Origin: Bacteriovoracaceae bacterium
GTDB taxonomy: Bacteria > Bdellovibrionota > UBA2428
NCBI GenBank assembly: GCA_947467125.1
Contig: CANIGN010000001.1
Coordinates: forward strand, 1 to 45,590
Direction: 5' to 3'
DNA: 45,590 nucleotides
Below, piece by piece: positions 17,271 through 24,564 of the stretch (the first letter of the stretch is position 1; each line of letters opens with the position of its first letter). The notes beneath the pieces are model-generated. The model did no database searches, was not told the origin of the DNA, and saw only the letters and a list, made by a program, of their open reading frames with translations. A program made the translations under genes and the position numbers.

Positions 17271-19544
17271 ATGCCTCGTAAAAATAAAAAAGGTGCTCGT
17301 GGAGCGCAACGTAAGTCACATCTTGTACGCGAACTCGACAAGATCAACGCTCACAAAAAAAACAAAAAACATTCAAAAGGCTCGAGCGGACAATTACCTC
17401 GCGAACAATCAGCTGGCGGACAATCTTCAAGCGGAAACGCAACAAGCAAACACTCCAGCTCTCATGCCTCTGGTCAGCACTCAAAAAAACCACTCCCATT
17501 TAAGAAAGGGGAGTCACATTCGCACAATGAAAAACGAAATCAGCACAGCGCGCCTTCTCATGGCAGCAGGCACGCACCCAGTAGCAAACACACAGGCCTC
17601 GTAACAGGCAGACTCGACATTCACCCAAACGGATTTGCGTTCGTCGTTCCTGACAATCCTGAAATCTCTCACATCTACATTCCTCAAAGTGACTTTCGTG
17701 AATACATGCACCGAGACAAAGTCGAAGCACGTATCACACGAAGCTTTAAAGACGGAAAAGTTTCGGGAGTTCTCGTCTCTGTTGTTAAAAGACAGCAAGA
17801 GGAGTTTATTGGAGTTATTCGTATTTTTGCAGGTGGAAGCTGGATCATTCCTTACGATTCTCGAGATCGTCATCTCACTTTTGAAATTGCAAGCGTTGCC
17901 AAAAATGTAGAGCTCAAAAACAATCACACTGTTTTGTGCAAAGTTCTAGACTATCCCACTAAAAGTCGTGGCAAAGTTGAAGTCATTCAAAGCGTGGACG
18001 ATGTTGAAAAAGCGAGTAACGATACACTTAGGATTGTTGTTCAAGCAGCATGGCCTCGAGAGTTTTCGGAAAAAGCCAAAAGCGAAGCTCAAGACGCCGC
18101 ACAAAACTGGGAAAAACGTTTTGGAAAAGAACTCAAAGACCTCACCCATATTCCCTTTGTCACCATCGACGGAAGTGACGCACGCGACTTCGACGATGCT
18201 GTGTATGCAACAGAAGCCAATGGAAACTTTGAGCTTTGGGTTGCGATTGCAGACGTCTCACGTTTTGTGATTCAAAAGACACAACTCGACGAAGAGGCTT
18301 TTGCTCGCTCCACAAGTGTTTACTTTCCCGATCACGTCGTTCCGATGCTTCCCGAAGTTTTGTCGAATGGCATTTGTTCGCTGAACCCGAAAGAAAAAAG
18401 ACCGGCTTTGGGTTGCAAAATAATCGTCGACCAAAGAGGTGAAACTCTTAGCTACGAGTTTTATGAAGCCATTATTTTTAGCCACAAACGTATGACCTAT
18501 GAAGAGATGGAAGACTGGCTCGAAAACAAAAGTCGTGGAGACTATGAAGACAAGCTCAACAAAAGTTTCACTTGTCTTCAAAAACTCACAGAAAAGTTTT
18601 TAGAACGCAGAAAACGCCAAGGAGGACTCGACCTTGATATTCCAGAAGCCCGAGTTTTCATGAATAAAGATGGAACGGTTCGGGACATTCAGCTCCGCAA
18701 TCGTTTGCACTCACATCGTTTGATCGAAGAATGTATGTTGGCAGCCAACCGAGCAACAGCATCCTTTCTCCACAAACAAGGGCCCGCTCTTTTTCGCGTT
18801 CACGAAAAACCAAATCCAAAAAAAGTTGAAGATCTATACTCATTTATTTCTTTGATCGGAATTCCTCCTCCTGGAAACCTTGAAACTACCAATGATTTTT
18901 TTGATTTGATTGAATCGATCAAAAAAGACACAGAGCTTGAAGACTCCAAGAAACGTGCTCTCAACTCTCAAGTTTTGAGAAGCTTAGCTCAAGCTCGATA
19001 CTCAAAAGATCCTCTTGGTCATTTTGCACTCAACGAAAAAGACTACACTCATTTCACATCTCCTATTCGTCGATACCCCGACCTTGTTGTGCATAGACTT
19101 GTAAGAGCCCACTTAGAGAAAAAAGCCCTTCCTCACGAAGACGATCTCGAAGCTGTTGCTCGTCACACATCTGACTGCGAACGCCAAGCCGTTGATATGG
19201 AAAGAAAAGTCATCGACATTAAAAAATGTCGTTACGTGGAAAAACATCTTGGCGAAGTCTTTAAATGTTTTGTTTCGGGACTCTCTGAAAAAGGACTCTT
19301 CTGCCAAATTCAAGATCACTTTGTGGATGGTCTTTTGGATGCAGAGTTTCTTGCTCGACGCTCTTTCTTTTTTGATGGCAGCCTTGCATACCGTGGACCG
19401 CAACACGCACAACTCACTTTTGGGTCAGAGCTTATTTTAAGACTCGACAAAGTGGATTGCATTCAAGGTCGAATAAATTTTGGATGGCCGGAAGAAGAAA
19501 ATTCAGACAAAAAGAATAAAAAAAGTGTTAATTTAGATGTATGA
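17271..19544 (+). CDS. rnr: ribonuclease R with unusual basic/Ser/His-rich N-terminal extension
   Basis: RNB motifs are IDGSDARDFDDAV, YFPDHVVPMLPE and HFTSPIRRYPDLVVHR. There is a cold-shock-like segment (GRLDIHPNGFAFV) and a C-terminal S1-like region. Confidence 0.9.
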   Translation: MPRKNKKGARGAQRKSHLVRELDKINAHKKNKKHSKGSSGQLPREQSAGGQSSSGNATSKHSSSHASGQHSKKPLPFKKGESHSHNEKRNQHSAPSHGSRHAPSSKHTGLVTGRLDIHPNGFAFVVPDNPEISHIYIPQSDFREYMHRDKVEARITRSFKDGKVSGVLVSVVKRQQEEFIGVIRIFAGGSWIIPYDSRDRHLTFEIASVAKNVELKNNHTVLCKVLDYPTKSRGKVEVIQSVDDVEKASNDTLRIVVQAAWPREFSEKAKSEAQDAAQNWEKRFGKELKDLTHIPFVTIDGSDARDFDDAVYATEANGNFELWVAIADVSRFVIQKTQLDEEAFARSTSVYFPDHVVPMLPEVLSNGICSLNPKEKRPALGCKIIVDQRGETLSYEFYEAIIFSHKRMTYEEMEDWLENKSRGDYEDKLNKSFTCLQKLTEKFLERRKRQGGLDLDIPEARVFMNKDGTVRDIQLRNRLHSHRLIEECMLAANRATASFLHKQGPALFRVHEKPNPKKVEDLYSFISLIGIPPPGNLETTNDFFDLIESIKKDTELEDSKKRALNSQVLRSLAQARYSKDPLGHFALNEKDYTHFTSPIRRYPDLVVHRLVRAHLEKKALPHEDDLEAVARHTSDCERQAVDMERKVIDIKKCRYVEKHLGEVFKCFVSGLSEKGLFCQIQDHFVDGLLDAEFLARRSFFFDGSLAYRGPQHAQLTFGSELILRLDKVDCIQGRINFGWPEEENSDKKNKKSVNLDV

Positions 19545-21211
19545 CCGTCATCGCTAGAGCCCTGCAAATTCGCCGCGGGCTTTCAAACGTGGGACGCATG
19601 CGTGAAATTTCAGCAGCCGTTTCACGTTACGGTTTTGGAGAACTTTTTAACCGACTCGGGATTACACGATCAAAACAAATTCTTGAAGACGGACAAATAA
19701 ATATTCTTTCAGCACCCGAACGATTACGGATGCTTCTCGAAAACCTTGGGCCAACCTTCATTAAGATTGGTCAACTCGCAGCGGGCCGTCCCGACCTGAT
19801 TCCTCCCGAATTTCTTGTAGAGCTTGAAAAACTTCAAGATCGCGTGGAAGCCATTCCCTACCCAATCATTAAAAACCTCGTAGAGGAAAACTTTCGAAGA
19901 AAGCTTGAAGATGTTTTCTCAAGTTTCGATCCTCTCCCCCTCGCTTCTGCAAGCATCGCTCAGGTTCACACTGCACGCACTTTATCTGGGGAAGATGTCA
20001 TCGTTAAAATTCAAAAGCCTGACGTCGAACGAATCCTTAATAAAGATTTTGAAATCTTAATTTTGATTGCCGAACTTGCAGAATCAACTTTTCAAGAACT
20101 TCGCCCTTTTCACATAGTCAATATCGTCAAAGAATTCAGAAGACTGATTCTCCAAGAAATAGATTTTCAACGTGAAAGCCAAAACATCAAACGCTACAGG
20201 GAAAACTTTTCATCTTCTGACTTTCTTGTGATTCCCAGAGTTTTCGATGAGTACTCAAGCAAAAAAATAATCACGCTCGAACGCATTCAAGGTTTTCGAA
20301 TTACTGAGGTTGATCAGTACGCACGCTACAACATTGATCCCAAAGTTGTTCTCAAAAAAGGCCTCGATCATCACATGCAATCCCTTATGGTGTATGGCCT
20401 TTTTCATGCCGATCCTCATGGTGGAAACATGCTTGTTATGCACGATGGACGCCTCGCACTGCTGGACTTTGGATCGGTAGGCTGGCTTTCTCCTCGTAGT
20501 CGAAACTCTTTGATCAATCTTTTTTTAGCTCTTGTTTCTGAAGATTACGAAGCCCTCATTGACGAGTATCTCGAAATTAGTCCACACAACGGCAACAACC
20601 ACAGCAGCGAAGCACGCGAAGCTCTCACTCGTGAAGCGACTTACATTATGGCGCCTTACTTTGGGACAAGCCTCAAAAATATTCCTGCCGCAAAATTGAT
20701 GCTCGAAGTTTCAAGTCTCGCCTTTAAGTACCACATTCAACTTCCACAAGATTTGATTGCAGTTTTCAAAAGCAATATGACTCTCGAAGGAATCGGACGC
20801 ACACTCGACCCGGATTTTGACCTCTTAGCAAGTGCTCTCAAATTTGCAAAAAATGTTTTGCGAAATAAGCTTCAACCCCAAAGCTTGATGCGTTCTTTTG
20901 TTCGAAGCTCACGAGATGTGCAACGTTTTGCGCAAAAAGCTCCCCGCCTTGGACTTGAAATCATGCGGCAAATTGAAGCAGGGCAACTCGAAGTGAAACT
21001 CAAAAACTCAGAATGGGATAAGTTTGAAAACCTTGAAAGATCCAAACAAGGAACTTTTATTCTTTCCATTATTTTTATTGGTTCCGTAATCCTCTGCGGA
21101 AACCTCTTAACAACCACTCAATTTGTCGATAGCAATCTTCTACGAATTGGAGAATCCTTTGCTCTTGTCTCTTTAGCGTTTTTAATTCTCAAATTTTTCA
21201 AAAAAGATTAA
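19541..21211 (+). CDS. ABC1/UbiB-family atypical kinase, C-terminal TM anchor
   Basis: Family motifs are LGPTFIKIGQ, PLASASIAQVHTA, VKIQKPDV and HADPHGGN. The start overlaps the rnr stop (ATGA). Confidence 0.85.
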   Translation: MTVIARALQIRRGLSNVGRMREISAAVSRYGFGELFNRLGITRSKQILEDGQINILSAPERLRMLLENLGPTFIKIGQLAAGRPDLIPPEFLVELEKLQDRVEAIPYPIIKNLVEENFRRKLEDVFSSFDPLPLASASIAQVHTARTLSGEDVIVKIQKPDVERILNKDFEILILIAELAESTFQELRPFHIVNIVKEFRRLILQEIDFQRESQNIKRYRENFSSSDFLVIPRVFDEYSSKKIITLERIQGFRITEVDQYARYNIDPKVVLKKGLDHHMQSLMVYGLFHADPHGGNMLVMHDGRLALLDFGSVGWLSPRSRNSLINLFLALVSEDYEALIDEYLEISPHNGNNHSSEAREALTREATYIMAPYFGTSLKNIPAAKLMLEVSSLAFKYHIQLPQDLIAVFKSNMTLEGIGRTLDPDFDLLASALKFAKNVLRNKLQPQSLMRSFVRSSRDVQRFAQKAPRLGLEIMRQIEAGQLEVKLKNSEWDKFENLERSKQGTFILSIIFIGSVILCGNLLTTTQFVDSNLLRIGESFALVSLAFLILKFFKKD

Positions 21212-21288
21212 AGAATTTCATCCTGCTTCTTAGTTTTTTGCGCGTTGCGCTATTAGACACACGCAAAGGACTGGTCTATTAAAAAATC

Positions 21289-22344
21289 ATGAAAATCCTC
21301 AATGAGTTGCTCCCCGTTGAAGAGTTAGGATTTGGCCTTTACTTTGCGCCTCTCAAGGCAAGCTCTCATTACTCAAAAGGAAAATGGGGTCCCACAGAAT
21401 ACTCAAGCGACCTCACCATGCGCATCGGCTCAAGTGCAAAAGTCTTGCATTATGCCCAAGAAATTTTTGAAGGCATGAAAGCTTTTCGCCAAGTTGACGG
21501 AAGCGTTGCTTTCTTTCGACCTCATGCAAACTGGGCACGCCTTAACTATTCTGCGCGCTTGATGGCCATGCCCGATTTTCCAGAAGCTGAATTCATGGAA
21601 ATGATTTCTAAAATGGCTAAACAACTCGATCACCTTGTTCCAGCAAAACCTGGAGCACTTTATTTTCGCCCCACTATGATTGGAACAAGTGAATCATTGG
21701 GTGTTGCGACTTCCGAAGAGTTTGAATTTTTTGTTCTCGCCTCTCCTGCTGGAGGATATTTCAAAGATGTGTCTTCAGATAAGCCTGTCTCAGTGAAAAT
21801 AAAAGTGAGCGATAAATACACACGCGCGGCTCCCGGAGGCACGGGTAGCGCTAAGACTGGCGGCAACTATGCAGCGAGCCTCAGAGCCATTCTTGAAGCT
21901 AAAAATGAAGGATTTTCAAACGTCCTTTTTCTTGATGCTCGTGAAAAATCTAACATTGAAGAACTGGGTGGAATGAATTTCTTTGTTGTCGATCAAGGCA
22001 AACTCAAAACACCTCCCCTTGGAGATACAATCCTTGCCGGAATCACCCGTGACAGTATCCTTCGCCTTGCAAAAGCCTTAGATATTCCGTGCAGCGAAGA
22101 AGAGCTTTCCATCTACGATGTTGCAGATAAAATTAAGCAAGGAAAAATTACCGAAGCCTTTGCCTGCGGAACAGCTGCGACGATTTCTTCCATTTCTCAA
22201 CTGGGCTGGAAGAATGAAACTTTAAATCTTGGATCAAGCTCTGAAGCGGGTCCTGTTTCTACGCTTTTATACAAAACCCTGACTGATATCCAACATGGAA
22301 AAAGCAAAGCTCCCGAGAGCAACTGGATTTATCCCGTTCGTTAA
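21289..22344 (+). CDS. ilvE: branched-chain amino acid aminotransferase (class IV PLP enzyme)
   Basis: Family motifs are YAQEIFEGMKAFR, GTGSAKTGGNYAASL, EELGGMNFF, GITRDS and EAFACGTAA. Confidence 0.9.
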   Translation: MKILNELLPVEELGFGLYFAPLKASSHYSKGKWGPTEYSSDLTMRIGSSAKVLHYAQEIFEGMKAFRQVDGSVAFFRPHANWARLNYSARLMAMPDFPEAEFMEMISKMAKQLDHLVPAKPGALYFRPTMIGTSESLGVATSEEFEFFVLASPAGGYFKDVSSDKPVSVKIKVSDKYTRAAPGGTGSAKTGGNYAASLRAILEAKNEGFSNVLFLDAREKSNIEELGGMNFFVVDQGKLKTPPLGDTILAGITRDSILRLAKALDIPCSEEELSIYDVADKIKQGKITEAFACGTAATISSISQLGWKNETLNLGSSSEAGPVSTLLYKTLTDIQHGKSKAPESNWIYPVR

Positions 22345-22397
22345 ATAAGTGAATTAGAAACGTTAAAGTTTTATAAAATTTTAACGAAAAGATCTTT

Positions 22398-23219
22398 GTG
22401 GCAAAAGCTTTTCCGAAAGTAGCTCTTTTGCTCGCAGCAATTCTTTCTCAAGGCGCAAACAACTCTCTCCTGGCTCAATCTACATCCCAGTTAAATGAAG
22501 CAAACTGCATCCAGCACTTAAGAAACAACAATCTTCTATCCAAAGACCTTTATAAAAGATTAGGCCTTTCTAAAAACTCATCACAAGAAGATGTCAAAAA
22601 AGCTTTTCGCTTGCTTATCACAAAAGTACATGGAGACACTGGCTACGAAACGCCAGGAAACGACCCTGGACTAGAGCACAGAAATTTAAACGAAGCCTAC
22701 GAAACGTTAAATAACCCCGACAAACGGCGTAGTTACGACCTTCTCAATCCTGAGAGTGGACACAGAACGACTCAGCCCCAAACAAATACCTCAGAAGCTA
22801 GAAACAAAACACAGAGAGATAAAACTGAGAAAGACCAAGCTGAACGCAGCAAGAAAGAAAGCAAAGAAGAAAGAATTCGCAAAATTCTTCATCAATTTCC
22901 ATTCCAAAATCTTTCGAATGATCCTGCAATTAAAAAATCATTTCAAAAACATTCTCATACGATCGACTTATCATACGACCCCTTAGAAGGAATTCTTTTT
23001 TTTCTCGAAGGGTACAATAGAGACATGATGAGATTCAAAGGCCTGGAAGCACGACCATCCAATCAGGAAGGACAGAGAGAGATCCTCAAAGCAATTGTCA
23101 GAAAATATCTCCCTGAGCTTCTCGAAAAAAAATCAATCTACGACTTAGATATTTTAAGTGAAAAATTAGAATTGCTCGATCCCGAACTTTCAGAGGCTCT
23201 AAGGCTACCCTTAAATTAA
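22398..23219 (+). CDS. signal-peptide J-domain-like protein with HGD in place of HPD
   Basis: After a GTG start, MAKAFPKVALLLAAILSQGANNSLLAQ looks like a signal peptide. The J-domain reads DLYKRLGLSKNSSQEDVKKAFRLLITKVHGDTG....LNEAYETLNNPDKRRSYD. The middle of the protein is charged and low-complexity. Confidence 0.7.
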   Translation: MAKAFPKVALLLAAILSQGANNSLLAQSTSQLNEANCIQHLRNNNLLSKDLYKRLGLSKNSSQEDVKKAFRLLITKVHGDTGYETPGNDPGLEHRNLNEAYETLNNPDKRRSYDLLNPESGHRTTQPQTNTSEARNKTQRDKTEKDQAERSKKESKEERIRKILHQFPFQNLSNDPAIKKSFQKHSHTIDLSYDPLEGILFFLEGYNRDMMRFKGLEARPSNQEGQREILKAIVRKYLPELLEKKSIYDLDILSEKLELLDPELSEALRLPLN

Positions 23220-24439
23220 GCGCTTAAAGTAAGCGCCTCACGAGCCTTAAACCAACTGGTTGAATAACCTTTGTCAGCATACTTTTCAGCAAAAGAAGTT
23301 ACCTTAAGAGGCTCAAAAAAAGTATCCAACATGACTGCCAAGCGATCGCTCATCTTACCGCGATCAGCGAGTGATTTTTCTGCAGCATTTCCGTGAGGAG
23401 AATGAGGGCAAGCAGAAGGATGAAAAGTCATTGTCCCTTCTCGTAAAACACTTTTACGTGCGCCATAATTTACGTTGCTAAAAAACATCATCTCATCACT
23501 GTCCACGTTAAAGTGTGCATAAGGAGCGGCCACGTCGCGAGGATCCCACCCCTCAGGCTGACCCACAAAAGAGCAAATCGAAAATCCAAAATAAGGTGCT
23601 TGGCCAGACTGAAAAGTTTGGTGAGCAGGCGGAGCGGAGTGAATCGCTCGAGCAATTCCATGATGTTTTGAAATATCGAATGTATAGGGATACAAAGCAC
23701 CTTCCCATCCACAGACGTCAAAGGGATGATGTCCCATGACCATTTCCGTAAGATGACCACCATTGTGTTGAACGTAAACCAAGAACTCTCCTTCTTGATC
23801 AACGGGCGCAGTCAATTCTGGCAAAGACACTTCCGTTTCAACAATAGGAGCGACCATCAAAGCCTGACCGCTTGTGTTCATATAGTGAGGAGGCCATTCA
23901 ATTAAAAACTTAGACTCTACGGTCAACAACCAAAGCTTTTCACTTTTTAAATCAATCCGATAAGTCGTTCCCTTAGGGACAATCACATAATGATTTTTTC
24001 GAAATGGTAATTCACCATACTCTGAAGAAAGTACCCCTTCACCTTCTTGAACGAAAAAGATTTCATGTCCCTCTCCATTTCGAAAGAATTTATTTTGAGG
24101 AAAACTTTCTTTAACCTTGATGACTCCAATTTTTGTAGAAGGTCCCCACATCAAACAGTGTCGTGCAGAGAGAGCATTTCCTTCATAAGGAATGTCGCCT
24201 GTGTGAATCAAATACGGGTGAAGAGTTTTATCATCACTTTCTTGAGGAATAAGGTGAAAAGAAGATACTTTTGGAGCCGCTTTCACCTCAGTCGGATACT
24301 TACGCACATGCATTTTTCGAGACCACGGTCCACTAAAGCCAAAAGATCCATGAATTTCTTCGAGAGAAAGAACACCAGGAATATAATAAAACTCTGTGTG
24401 AGGAGTTGTAGGGAGGGTCCCTCTTTTTGCGATAATCAT
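23216..24439 (-). CDS. hmgA: homogentisate 1,2-dioxygenase (short bacterial type)
   Basis: The cupin-like core reads EIFFVQEGEGVLSSEYGELPFRKNHYVIVPKGTTYRI, and the C-terminal block reads FNVDSDEMMFF...TFHPSACPHSPHG. The ORF is open to 24532, but ATG 24439 (MIIAKRGTLP) leaves a sensible divergent intergenic region. The stop overlaps the stop of the convergent J-like gene. Confidence 0.75.
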   Translation of the reverse strand: MIIAKRGTLPTTPHTEFYYIPGVLSLEEIHGSFGFSGPWSRKMHVRKYPTEVKAAPKVSSFHLIPQESDDKTLHPYLIHTGDIPYEGNALSARHCLMWGPSTKIGVIKVKESFPQNKFFRNGEGHEIFFVQEGEGVLSSEYGELPFRKNHYVIVPKGTTYRIDLKSEKLWLLTVESKFLIEWPPHYMNTSGQALMVAPIVETEVSLPELTAPVDQEGEFLVYVQHNGGHLTEMVMGHHPFDVCGWEGALYPYTFDISKHHGIARAIHSAPPAHQTFQSGQAPYFGFSICSFVGQPEGWDPRDVAAPYAHFNVDSDEMMFFSNVNYGARKSVLREGTMTFHPSACPHSPHGNAAEKSLADRGKMSDRLAVMLDTFFEPLKVTSFAEKYADKGYSTSWFKAREALTLSA

Positions 24440-24564
24440 GGAGGCGAGATTAAGGCGCCGACAACATTCTGCCAAGCCCCTTTCTAAGCACAAAAATGTT
24501 TTTTTCATCTTTTGTGAACCAAAACTTAACAATCAAGTCCCTCAAAAAAGCTTAAAATCATTAC

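Noticed and set aside
21212-21288. Short GC-rich inverted repeats (gcgcgttgcgc; ttgcg...cgcaa) after the ABC1 kinase gene, as a possible terminator.
   Set aside because: The stems are only 4-5 bp with no following T-run, so they are not supportable.
22361-22386. An AT-rich near-perfect palindrome (cgttaaagttttataaaattttaacg) after ilvE, as a possible terminator.
   Set aside because: The stem is almost entirely A/U pairs and it is followed by aaaag rather than a T-tract on the ilvE strand. That is too weak to call, although it could still be a protein-binding palindrome upstream of the J-like gene.
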